From contig OX597815.1 in the NCBI GenBank assembly GCA_951406725.2, positions 92,752,001 through 92,816,000 of the forward strand: a stretch of DNA of 64,000 nucleotides, in the 5' to 3' direction. Positions 52,194 to 64,000 of this stretch are shown piece after piece. The stretch is from Octopus vulgaris. Its lineage: Eukaryota. A program made the translations under genes and the position numbers. How positions within the stretch are numbered: the first letter of the stretch is position 1; the number at the start of each line of letters is the position of its first letter. The notes beneath the pieces were generated by a model. That model saw only the letters and a program-made list of their open reading frames with translations, did not search any database and had not been told where the DNA came from.

Positions 52194-52244
52194 CTGAAGA
52201 GATGCTGGTGCAGGTTTCCGCCCCAACATCCGAAACTTGGAGTT
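52194..52244 (+). ncRNA. Hammerhead-ribozyme-like motif (type I, probably from a Penelope-like terminal repeat; likely inactive)
   Basis: CTGAAGA + 13-bp stem II (10 of 13 pairs, GTTT loop) + C-GAAA + short stem III (CT-tgg-AG) + GTT triplet. The stem I 5' strand is replaced by SINE sequence. Confidence 0.6.
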
Positions 52245-52944
52245 TTATTACGGCAACCAAATAATTGTCACGTATTATATTACACATAAATTCCTCTATT
52301 TACATAATATCGAGGTCTCTTTCATTCTTTTGTTGTTTTACCATTACTATTAATATATATATATATATATATGTTTGTGTGACTGTGTTTGTTCCCCCAC
52401 CATCGCTTGACAGTCGATATTGGTTCCTGTAACTGAGCAATTTGGCAAAAGAGACTGATAGAATAAGTACTAGGCATACAAAGAATAAGTCCTGGGGTCG
52501 ATTTGTTTGACTAAAAGGCGGTGTTCCAGCTAGGCTGCAGTCAAATGACTGAAACAAGTAAAAGAATAAAAGAATATCTAGCAGGTCAAGTGATCATAAA
52601 GGGTCTCCCTTGTTGGTTCATTGATGATGATGTTGCCAGTGGCACTGCCAACATCATCATCATCACCAATATCATAACCACCACTAACTACAAATGGTGA
52701 TGGTGGTGGTCTTGAAGGTGATGGTGTTAGTGGTGCTATTTGATGCCATGATGTGGTAACAAAGTGATGGTGGTGGTGATAATGGTAGAGTTGGGGTCAA
52801 TAGTTATGGTAATGGTGTTGGTAGAAGGCGTCCATGACGGTTATGTTGAGAGGTGGTAAATATGATGGTGATGGTAGTGTAATGGTGGTAGTCACAGAGG
52901 TGTTGACAGTAGTGGTGCTGGTGGTGGTAGTGATAGAGACTGCC

Positions 52945-53125
52945 TTTGTTTAGCCCTAGGTCTAACATGGTTGAATAGACCTATGACTGAAAGCATTCCA
53001 ATCACATCTCGTCTTTTTTTCTGAGCAGGGAACCCAGGACTACATCTAGTATGTCCCTTCTTAGTGTGATTTGAGGGAGATATGACTGCTATTTTTAGTA
53101 GGATGAACGACCACATTGGTGGCTT
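52945..53125 (-). repeat. Old interspersed repeat family E, representative copy (~200 bp, SINE-like, unclassified)
   Basis: Plus-strand consensus tgtttagccc.aggtc..agacctatgatcaaaggcattccagccatgaccatc...gtgtgatttgagggagatttggctgctatttctagcagg. Copies at ~5860, 9250, 12690, 12960, 17490, 17690, 18080, 34230, 49260, 49590, 50280, 51330, 51985, 54575, 56265, 59200, 63310; reversed at ~11060, 19230, 30500, 50620. Confidence 0.75.
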
Positions 53126-54734
53126 CCTCATTGGCTAGCAGTGGTAGTGGTGTTGGTGAGAGGAGGTATCAATGATGGTGTTAGCGTAAGTGGTGGTGGT
53201 GGTGGTATTGGCAGCAGTAATAGCGGTAATGATGGTAGTATGATGATGATGATGATGGTGGTGGTGGTAGTGGTGATGGTGGTGGCGGCGGCAGTGGTGG
53301 TAGTTGTGGTGGTAAGATGGTAGGAGTGGTAGAAATGTGGTGGTGGTGATAGCATGATGCTTATAGTAGCAGTGATGATGATGATGATGACTACGATACA
53401 GAGGATGTTTTCAGCAGCAGGTATGATGAAGATAATGATGATGAGAAAGATGGCTATAATAATGAAGTAGTAAAAGCAGGAATAACTTCTATGTGTCTGT
53501 GTGGTGGTGGTGGTAGAGCATGACTCCATCACCACCACCACCACCATTACCATTACCACTACCTCATTATCTCTCTACCCATCCATCCAACATCTCCACT
53601 TCTTCCTCTTCCATCACTATACCACGCAACTCCAACTCCATCACCACAACCTCCATCTACTTCAACCTCTACCACTACAAACATACACCACCCTGCCAAC
53701 ATCTGTGTTAGGCATCTTCCACTTCCTGTATCATTTACACCTCCTGGATGAAGACCTACATTTAGGAAATTGGCTAATCTCCTTGTTTCTTTCTCTCTCT
53801 CTCTCTCTTCACTATCTCATATATATATATAAATACATATACAAACATGCACACATAGGTGAATATATATTTATGTGCATGTATGTATGTATGTATGTAT
53901 GTATGTATGTATGTATGTATGTATGTATGTATGTATGTATGTGTGTGTGTATGTATGTATGTATGTGTGTGTGTATGTATGTGTGTATGTATGTATATAG
54001 ATATAGACAGATAGATATAGATAGATAGACAGATAGAAAGAAGATATATATCATCATCATCATCATCATACACACACATACATACATGTCTGTGTATGTA
54101 AACATACATATATGTATATATATATATACATACATACATACATACATACATACATACATACATAAATACATACATACATACATAAATACATATATATATA
54201 TATATATATATATATCATACACACACACACACAAATATATGCATGTACGTACTCATATATGCACATTCATACCGCTTACCAGACCACACACCATACCCTG
54301 TATTAGGTCACTGGGTGTAAAATACTAAGAAGTATTCTTTTATTTTCTTTTTCCATGTTTAAGTCTTACACTCTCCAAATCTTTTTAGATTAAGCAGTTA
54401 TTTAAAGGAAACTTAGCATTATCCAGGATTGAAACCTTGAACCCTGTTCTCCATCAGCATACACAATCAGTTTAAGACTCTAAATTCTCAATGATATCAC
54501 CCCTTCTTTGTTGATAATTTATTCTACAGGAAGGAAGTGTGAGGTATATATTGGTTTTATTACTGCAGCTGTTTTGCTGTTGTTTAGATCAAGATCAACT
54601 CTGGATCAAACAGACCTATGATCAAAAGCATTCCGGCCAAGACCATCCTATATTTTTAGGATATTTACAAAATTCAACCAACCATCACTCACAAATGAGT
54701 ATGGCTTGGTAATACCACTACCACCGCCACCGCC

Positions 54735-55160
54735 ATCATCATCATCAGCATCATCAGCATCAGCATCATTTTAACATCTACTTTTACATGCTTTCACAGA
54801 TCAGTCAAAATTTGTTTTTGTTGAGGTAGATTTTTTATGACTAGATGCCCTTCCTGGTCACCAGCCCTCACTTGTATCCAAGCAAGGTACTATTACTTCC
54901 CATAGCTAGAATGCTTTTGGAGTAGGCTGGAAACAAACAACCCCACATAATGTCTAGAAATGGGCACATATGAACGCACATACACACACATATACACACA
55001 TGTTTGATGGGCTTCTTTCAGTTTCTATCCACTAAATCCACTCACAGGGCTTTGGTCAACCAGGGGCTATAATAGAAGACACTTGTCCAAGGTGCCATGC
55101 AGTGAAACTGAATCCAAGACCACATGATTGGGAAGTAACTTCTGAACCACTGGGACCATG
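54735..55160 (-). mobile_element. SINE family A head joined to the alternative RTE-like, (GAT)n-ending tail
   Basis: Minus strand: head 55160-55005, (TG)-rich hinge, then accttgcttggatacaagtgagggctgg..ggaagggcatc..gatgttaaaatgatg. Same architecture at ~5110-5480, 11125-11590 and 24975-25390. Confidence 0.8.
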
Positions 55161-56558
55161 CTTGTACATTGTTTTTGCTAATTGTTTTAGATCTCTATGT
55201 AGTCACAAGGAAACATAGACATCCTCTTAATTCATTTCCCTTTGAGCCAGGGGAGCATCCAAGATGTTACTGCAGGAGGGAAAAAGAGTGTAGCACCAGC
55301 CACTCATTGGTACTCATTATAGCTGTGTAGACTAGAGGAACATGAACTTGCTCAAGGACATGATGTTTTAGTCAGTCCAGAAACTGAACCCATGTCACAA
55401 ACATAACCATCACCACTAACAACCCCACTACAACAACCACCATCAACACAATCACCATTCATTCTGAGATCAAATCCACCAAGCTCAATTTTGCCTTTCA
55501 TCCTCCTGGGATTGATAGAGTGCCAGTCTATGGTGATGGACTGGGGAAAATGTTAGAGCATTGAACATACCATCTTGTAGTATATCTTCCTGATCTTTGC
55601 ATTCTGAGTTTGAATCCCACCTTAGGCTACTTGAGCAGTAGACTTAAGCTGTTGCCTGGTTTAGCCACATCATCTATCAGCTCAGATACCTTTAGCAAAG
55701 TACATGCTGTTGCAAGCATCCAAACCAAACCTCTGGTTGGGGATCCATCCCTCTATCTCACACAGGTCTTGGAGGACTGGAGGACTTGTGAAGGGTTATG
55801 AGCACTGCTTTCTCTCCTTACTAAGAGATAAAACTAAAAGACACAAACAGACGTTTGTTTACATATTTCCAGTGTATTCAATTACAGATGCAGCAGTAGC
55901 TAAAATATTTATGACAATGGATTTACTACATATTAGGTTTATGTTTTCTAAAAACACATGGTTTTAGCATCTCAACAATTAAGTAATTCTTAATGGCAGA
56001 GATGAGGTTAAATTTGGTGATGGAGAAATCAGAATGTAAGATAAATATGGAATTATACATGAAAGTAATCTGCTTAAATCTAAAAACAGACTACAAATGG
56101 TCTCAGAGGAAGTAAAGCTAGAGCAGTCTAAAGATAAATACTAGAGAGTGGGCTTTTTAATGGCTTAGATTAAAAATGTCAAGGATGACAAAGCTTTAAC
56201 TTCAATTTTAAAAAAATACTTGTTCTGCTGGAACAAATAATAAAAACAAGTGCATGGATATCGTTATTGTTTAGCTTCAGATCAGCCTTGGTGAAGCTGA
56301 CCTATGATCAAAGGCATTCCAACCATGATCATCCTGCCTTAGTTTTATAATTAATAAGATTGTCCAATTTAACAGACTTGAGTCAAAGTGCCGAAAATAT
56401 AGAGAGAAATCTTTTTTTATTTTTTACTTGTTATAGTATTTGAAGAATTTAGTCAAACAAATCAACCACAGTACTTATTTTTAAGTCTGGAACTTATTCT
56501 ATTAGTTTTTATTTGTCAAACCACTACAGGGATGTTACAGGGATGATGTCTAGTCATG

Positions 56559-56608
<50 letters not shown>

Positions 56609-57627
56609 CACACACAGTGTTACAGGGATGTTAACAAACCAATGCCTGATGTCAAAACACATACACTCATAGGTAAATACATATATACATATATATGTGA
56701 AAGCTGCTTCCAGTTTCTGCCTATCAAATCCACTCACAAGGCTATAGTGATTTGGGGCTATAGTAGAAGGCATTTGCCCAAGATGCCACACTCTGAGACT
56801 GAATCCAAAGACAATATTGCTGGGAAGAAAGCTTCTTGCCACACAGCCCATTATTTATAATCTTTTTTCTGTCAAGACAATACAAAAGATAAAAATGCCA
56901 ACCAAAATCAAACAATATCATTGGTTCATTTACAAGTGTCTCTTGTTGCAGCTAATACAAACTCTGCAGACTTATAGGAGTTTTATTTCATTAAAACAGA
57001 CTGAAAGAAGTGGGTCCTTAACTGCACCTGGCATCTTTTAATTTTCTCACAGTCATGTTTCCATGCAAATATTCATTTATTCTTTTGTTCATTTTTACAT
57101 CCAGTTTTCCTTGCTGGCATAGGTTGTACAAAGACTTAGCAATACAATATTTTATGGCTGGGGGAGTTTTTTTAAAACTGAAAACACAGGGTCAAAAGCA
57201 TAAAGTTTATAGGGGTCAGAATATGACATCAAATCAAATAATATCTATGAAAAGGTATAGAATGTTGTCATTCATGCATGAATACACACATGTGTACATT
57301 CATATGCACACACACGCATGTGCACACACACACAAGTTTTTCCAGCTTTTGTCTACCAAACCCACTCACAAAACTTTGATCTGTGTAGGCCTATAATAAA
57401 TAGAAGGTTCTATGCTGTGGGACTAAACTCAAAACCATGTGGTAGGGAATCAAACTTCTCAATCACATAGCCATGCCTGCATCTGTAAGACATAATATAA
57501 AATTGCCTTATGAAGCCAGGTAATGCTATTGGACTACTTTAAAATGTTCTTTACTATTGCTAATATGAAAACCCAAAGAATTATAAAATGTGGTGGGAGT
57601 TTTACTACTTTGATATATCACAGCCTA

Positions 57628-58525
57628 ATTATTATTATTTATTATGGCCAGGTTCCATCCTGGGCTGCAGCAACAAAGTCTACCTGCCACACTTCTTGAT
57701 CTGTCATCACTGCCTCAATGTCCTGAATACACTCCAGGTCAGTGTCTACAATCAAGTTGTTGATATGTGACAACGTTCTTCTCTTCTTACAACATTATGA
57801 AGTGGGTTTCACAAAACTAATTTGGATGCTTCCAGTTCAGGGTGGTGCACAAAATCACTGTATAGTCACAGCTGTCTTTGCCTAATCTTCTTACTAACTT
57901 TCAGCAGGTCTTCATAAAGGCATTCATTTGTCATATGTTGCTGCCATTTCAAATTTAGGGCCATTCATAGCATCCTTTCGTAGCATCCATTTAGCCTGTT
58001 TGATAATTTCTTTGTCAGTGTCCATGTTTCACTGCAGTATAACAGCATTGATTTGACAGTTGCAATGAACAGCTTGATTTTGATTTGCCTGGGCAATTTG
58101 AAGTTCCGAACTTTCTTAAGTGTGTGACAGGCTGTCCATACTTGTGTCTTCTTGATCTCAATGTCTGCTTCCAAACTGCTCACCCACCACCTATGTACTT
58201 GAAGTCTTCAACAACATTCAATTTGGAGCTGCTCAAAGCAAACAGTTCAGGATCACTTGATTGGTTGAAAGACATGCATTCCATTTTCTTGAAATTTGTG
58301 TGCATATTTTAGCAGCTGATGTTTCTACTCTGCTGAGCAGCTGTTGAGCTTGATCTATTTCATTAGGTATGAGTGCTATATCATCTGCAAAGTCCAGGTC
58401 TGTGGCGGTTACTGCTGGTACTTTCCATGATTTTTGCCAGTTTATGATAAAACCAAGGTCTTCACTGTTCACTACAGCCTGCCACATTGCATAATCCAAT
58501 ATAATTGCAAACAGGTAAGGTGTGA
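57628..58525 (-). mobile_element. 5'-truncated RTE-group LINE with (TAA)n tail
   Basis: PYLFAIILDYAM...TDLDFADDIAL (RT active-site motif), FKYIG, IKIKLFIATVKSMLLYCSETWTLTK..RLNGCYERML. The 3' end runs into taataaataataataa at ~57628-57645. Confidence 0.9.
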
Positions 58526-59259
58526 GCCTAAGAGAAGCAATTGTCAATCTGCATTTCAAAATTTTCCCTTAGATACATTTTTATATGAGAGTGTTAAACA
58601 ATTATTGTATTTCAAACTAGTCTGAAATAAAATAATTGTCTTCATAAATAGTGTCTGTTGACCAAAATATAAAAAGTAATTGATATATGAAGTGGATTGA
58701 TTAGGCCTCTCTATAATTAATACTTATAAAAATAATTATTATATATTCTTTTCATGGCTCTATAGCTATGGAGTCTATATTTTCTGATTATGAAGAGATT
58801 GTATAGATATTTAACATTTGTCTTGTATATTAAATTACAGCTGCAGCATTAGTTAAATTTTTTACTACCACAATACATATAGTATATAGTACATTTGTTT
58901 AGTCTCACACATTCTGCTTAGCATTATTAAGTAATTCTCTATTAGAAATGGAATGAAATGAGAATGAAGGACAAATATGGAATTATACATGGAAGGTAAT
59001 CAGCTTAAATCTAAAAACAGACAACAAAAGATCTTAGAGTAAGTAAAGCTAAAGAAGTCTAAAGATATATTCTAGAGAGTGGGTTCTTTAATATCTCAGA
59101 TTAAAAATGCCAAGGATAATGAAACTGGAACTTTTGTTTCAAAAAAATTTGTTTCATAATTACACTGCATGAACAAATAACAGAAACTGCATGGAAATTG
59201 TTGTTTAGTCTCAGTCATCCTTGATAAAGCTGACCTACCAATCAAAGGTGTTCCAGCTG

Positions 59260-60350
59260 TTTATATTAATAAAAGCAAAATTCTGTTTGTTCGTCTAGGA
59301 CTCCTGTACTTCAGTCTATACTTGCTCTACGTAGACATATTATACCTTTTTGGAGCCAGGATGATCCCAGGATTGAAAATCTGCCCTTCACCTGTTTCTT
59401 GATTATCCAGCATTAGGATCTGATTTAAAATCATTTGGGTTGTTACTTCTAGCAGGTAAAGTGACTGTGAGAGGTTTCAATACCTTAGTACTACTGAGAT
59501 AGGTGAACAAGAGTTACCTCCCTTACCTTAAAGTTTTACTAAGGAATTTAGTGGCTCTTTTATCTTTCGGAGTCATCAGACTGCAGCCATGCTGGGGCAC
59601 CACCTTCAAGAATTTTAATCAAACAAATTGGCATCAGTTCTTTCTTTTTTATGCCTGGTACTTTTTTTATTGGCCTCTTTCACTAAACCCCTAAGTTACT
59701 TGAACATAAACACACCAACACCAGTTATCAAGCAGTGGTGGGAGACAAACACACACAATGCCACAATATATATATATCTCTTCTATAATAATAACTACTG
59801 AGTTTCTTAACTCTTTGGATTCTCCTGGAATGCCTTCTCACTAAGTGACATTGAAGAAATGAGTTCCAATCATGCTTTTGCAAAATGTGAATCCCCCAAA
59901 GTTGTGCAATGGAAAAGACTGATTGTTGGGCAAATGCATCCACACCCTTTGGAAGCAACAATACTCACTGCACAAGGAAAAGGAGAAAATATGATTATTC
60001 CAAGAACTCCACTGATCCTAGCAGACATGCCCTTTAAATTCAAGAGACTTCAATTTCCAGTAAGAGTTGGTTTTGCAATGTCAATTAACAAAAGTCAAGG
60101 ACAACCACTGAAAATTGTTGGACTTCACCTCATGCAGCAGTGCTTTTCCCATGGTCAGCTCTATGTTGGTTGTTCCAGAGTTGGAAATGGCAACAATCTC
60201 TTCATACTCACACCAAATGGTAAAACCAAGAATATTGTTTATCCTGCTGCTTTACAGCAATCTCCAAATGTCACAGTGATACAAAATTCTCTAAAAGTGA
60301 TATAAATCTGAGATGGTAAAAGTTCATATGGAGTGCAGCTTTTAAGCTAG
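59260..60350 (+). mobile_element. Internally deleted Helitron carrying a Pif1-helicase C-terminal fragment, with nested SINE pieces
   Basis: Helitron-like 5' end (ttatattaataaaagcaaaattctgtttg, ~59260, TC not intact). Helicase remnant at 59797-60305. 3' imperfect hairpin aaaagtt...agctttt then CTAG|T at 60347-60351. Confidence 0.75.
59797..60305 (+). pseudogene. Helitron RepHel Pif1-like helicase C-terminal fragment
   Basis: TEFLNSLDSPGMP..VPIMLLQNVNPPKLCNG, then (frameshift) RLIV..LEATILT..IPRTPLI..MPFKFKRLQFPVRVGFAMSINKSQGQ..CFSHGQLYVGCSRV..TKNIVY, covering Pif1 motifs V-VI. Confidence 0.92.
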
Positions 60351-62167
60351 TTTGTAATAAACCACATTATTCAATTTAATGCTACACTTAAGCCAAGGTG
60401 TTGCAAACATAGAGTGAAATGAGAATGTTGCTATTTCTATAAGGAATCATATACCAGCAAGAAAAATAAAAATTATGAAATTGCATATCTAAATTAGGTG
60501 ATATCATTGATCTTTTTAAAAGAGTTCTTCATTGCATCTGCTATTAAAACCTGTATAATTATAAATTTTTTATAGGAGACAAGAGGTGGCCAGACTACAA
60601 CTGGATATTTTCAGTTTTCTCACTGTGGTGTGTTTACTTTATTACAAGTTTATTTAATTTAAAATAATTAACTTCTTGAATAGTATCTGTTGACCAAGAT
60701 ATAAAAGGTAACTGGTTCTCAAACTGGATTGATATGGTGTTTCTAAAATAAATACTACTTGTAATAATTATCATTCATTATTATTGATAAGTTTATTCAA
60801 GCTAGCAGAGTCAATAAAATAAGTATCAGTTGATCACTGGGGTTAATATAATCAACTATCCTCTTCCCCCTAATTTCGGGCCTTGTGCCTATAAAAAGAA
60901 GGATTATTATTCATAAGTTGAGAAATACATCATAAATTTCTTTTTTCACATCAAAAATGAAGTATATCTCCAAAAACATATACAAATATTTAAGGTTAGA
61001 TGATGTATAAGAATGATCTACCAATATTTACAGAAAATAATATCGTTTATTAGAACTCATAAGTAACTTATTTTTATCTTTACAGAAGTGATTATCATTG
61101 TAGCTATACAACTAATTACAATTTTTGATCAACATATTATTCCTTATCAACCAAATATGTATACAATTGTTTCCAGTCTGCTTCTCAAAATAATACAGCA
61201 TGGTTAAACTAATTTGACACAATTGGGACCTGGACAGTGCTGGATTATTAAATATACCTGTGTATTAGAACTCAATCTTATAAAAACAAAATTAGGATTT
61301 GTAATTTAGTCATCAAATATGTAAGTGTACTTTTTAGCACCCTAAATGTTTATTGACTTCTTTTCAGTAGACAAATTAAGTTTATGAATATAGGTCATGA
61401 ATTACCTAACTGCAAGTCATTGCATTCCTCATATCCTCGTGTATTTGCTTGCTGTTTGCAGTGGCCATTGGCTCTGGTTGATTTACACTAAGCCACTTAT
61501 GTTATACAGAATTTATTTCTGAAAATTATAATTTTTACTTTTAAAAACATGTTGCACACCAACACATTTACTTGTCACTGAATTGCATTAACTTGTTCTT
61601 TTGTTTCTTAATATCAAAAGAACATTCAAATTTTCACCTCTTTATTATTCCAAATATCAGATGTGATGTGAGAGCTGCAGCTTCCTTTTCACATCTCTTC
61701 CAGACTAGATGCTCTTAGCACTGGAAAATATTTTCACTAAATATATGAACAACATATGAGAAACATAGGCACAATACACTTAGGTACTGGCCACTATTCT
61801 GTTCAACTTGACTACAAACAATGACACAGTGATGTTGGCAGTCAGTGATGGTGTATAGGAGGAAAAATTTGAAAACAATAAAGTATCAGACAATTGAGTC
61901 TGGATACCAAAATTAATGGAACTTAACTGTGGTCATTTGATATTGCTGTGTCTATTATTAATACATTATTGTAACTTTTCTTGTGGAAAATGATGTTAAT
62001 CTTATGTGCTACTTGTTGGTCTGTCTGTATAATAAGGTTCTATAGTATTTTCACATTATCATCTTGTAAAACATGAATACAACAAAACTTTTCTTGAACG
62101 ATTCAAAATCATATTGCCAAGAATATGCAGAGCAGATATATTGCATGAATGTATCTATGAAAGTCAG

Positions 62168-62520
62168 CTCAGTGGTTAGGGCAGCAGACTTGCAATCATA
62201 GGATCATGATTTCGATTCCAAGATCGGGCATTGTGAGTGTTTATTGAGCAGAAACACCTAAACATCCATGAGGCTCTGGCAGGGTTTGGTGGTGCACTCT
62301 GCTGTATTCTTTCACCACAACTTTCTCTCACTCTTTCTTCCTGTTTCTGTTGTACCTGTATTTCAAAGGGCCAGCCTTGTCATACTCTGTGTCATGCTGA
62401 ATCTCCCCGAGAACTACCTTAAGAGTACACGTGTTTGTGGAATGCTCAGCCACTTGCACATTACTTTCACGAGCAGGCTGTTATGTTGATCGGATCAACT
62501 GGAAACGACAGAGTGCCATG
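62168..62520 (+). mobile_element. SINE family D copy (CpG-decayed)
   Basis: Collinear with 35632-36003, with many CG to TG/CA changes. Confidence 0.85.
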
Positions 62521-62539
62521 ATATATATACATACATACA

Positions 62540-62588
<49 letters not shown>

Positions 62589-62800
62589 TTTTATTTGTTT
62601 CAGTCATTTGACTGTGGCCATGCTGGAGCACCGCCTTTAGTCAAACAAATTGACCCCAGGACTTATTCTTTGAAAACCTTGTACTTATTCTATCTGTCTC
62701 TTTTGCCGAACCACTAAGTTACGGGGACATGAACACACCAACATCAATTGTCAAGTGATAGTGGGGGGGACAAACACAAATGCACAAACACACACACACA

Positions 62801-62849
<49 letters not shown>

Positions 62850-63830
62850 CATATATATATATATATATATATATAATTTGACTCATACCTAGAATGACCA
62901 AATCCATAGGCAACATCATTCACCATAAAAGAGCAGGTCATCACCCACCAGCAGATATATTGGGAGGAATATGTGTGTGTATGTGTGTGTATGTATGTAG
63001 TAAATCCCCACTAAAAATGAAGAACAAACACAACAAGAAAGAAACAACAACATGAGGATGTGGTACATGCAAAGTATTAGCAGATACTCAGAGAAGGAAA
63101 GAAAGGTGGCTTTGTGTTTCAAGCAAAGCTCTTTGTCAGAAACAGGAGACAGTGGAAAGTCCAAGAGAAAAGGAAGACAGAGGGAAAAAAATCACCAACG
63201 ATCCACATGTGTTGTATGTATGTATGTATGTATTATGTATGCATGTACACATGCATGTATGCAGAAGTATGGAAGTATTGACTATATAAGGGAATACTTT
63301 TATTGTTGTCGTTACTTAGCTTTAAGTCTTCAACCCTTGTCAATCAGACCAATTATCAAAGACATTTCAGCCATAGCCATTTCATCTTTTATTCTCAGAC
63401 ATATTGTCTGTATAATGTCCTCATTTTCTAATGTATCCTTTTTTTAAAAAAAACTGAAAGGGTGTATGTAATTTAAGGGATATTTGGCTGTTATCCCTTA
63501 TAGACTGAGTGATTGCTTAGCATATGGTCGTCTTAAGGTTCAATTTGTGTGTTATTTTTTGCTGCTAATTTAGTTTTAGATTGCAGAAATTTGAAATCTA
63601 ATCCAATTTCTCGGAAGAATTGTACTGTTGTACTGATAATGGATTTATTACAGTTATTGTCATAGGCATAGATTTAGCTATGTGGTTGAGAAGCTTGCTT
63701 TTTAACTATGTAGTCTTGGGTTCAATGCCACTGTATGGCGCCTTGGACAAATGTCTTCTGCTATAATCCTGGATTGACCAAAGCCTTATGAGTGGATTTG
63801 GTAGACAGAAACTGGAAGAAGCCCATCATG

Positions 63831-63866
<36 letters not shown>

Positions 63867-64000
63867 CCTAACATTGGAATATCTATATTTTTGTTACACC
63901 GCTTGAATCTACATCATTCGATGACCATTATGCTTATGCTTACAACACTGCTAACACCGGATCCTACCGCCAGTAGGGGCAACAGTCTTAACATGCCTGA

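Larger units (their letters stand above)
51560..54270. repeat. Low-complexity cluster of (GGT)n, (GAT)n, (ACC)n, (TATG)n, (CATA)n and (GATA)n tracts
   Basis: Direct inspection; interrupted by family A and family E repeats. Confidence 0.85.
55870..60775 (+). repeat. Ancient diverged tandem duplication (unit A ~55870-58745, unit B ~58825-60775)
   Basis: 55870-56325 ~ 58825-59258; 56340-56410 ~ 60349-60420; 57497-57590 ~ 60475-60568; 58628-58740 ~ 60661-60775. Confidence 0.8.

Noticed and set aside
53128-54328. Long T/V/H/YIHT/MYVC-repeat ORFs
   Set aside because: Stop-free frames of microsatellites.
59859-60305. Host PIF1 helicase gene
   Set aside because: Fragmentary, frameshifted, intronless and bounded by Helitron termini.

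Overview
AT-rich, microsatellite-dense animal genomic DNA, not prokaryotic. The SINE families and (TA)n/(CA)n/(CAT)n density resemble a coleoid cephalopod such as Octopus, but this is pattern recognition and unverified. The only host gene I can support is coding exon 1 of a PHPT1/Janus-family 14-kDa phosphohistidine phosphatase (minus strand, 34359-34545). It sits in a CpG-retaining promoter island, and I found no downstream exons, so intron 1 is probably longer than 34 kb. Nearly everything else is transposon debris: four Tc1/mariner-superfamily elements (two with both TIRs and TA target duplications), Helitrons, piggyBac-type MITEs, RTE, CR1/Jockey-group, R4-like and Penelope-like retroelement fragments, and dozens of modular SINEs. 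Most ORFs in the track are microsatellite or repeat artefacts. The most interesting unexplained signals are hammerhead-ribozyme-like motifs (the best inside a chimeric SINE at 52194-52244), a ~33-bp-phased motif array upstream of PHPT1, an old tandem duplication whose copies record different insertions, and several near-perfect fold-backs. I see no clear evidence of a novel multi-gene system.
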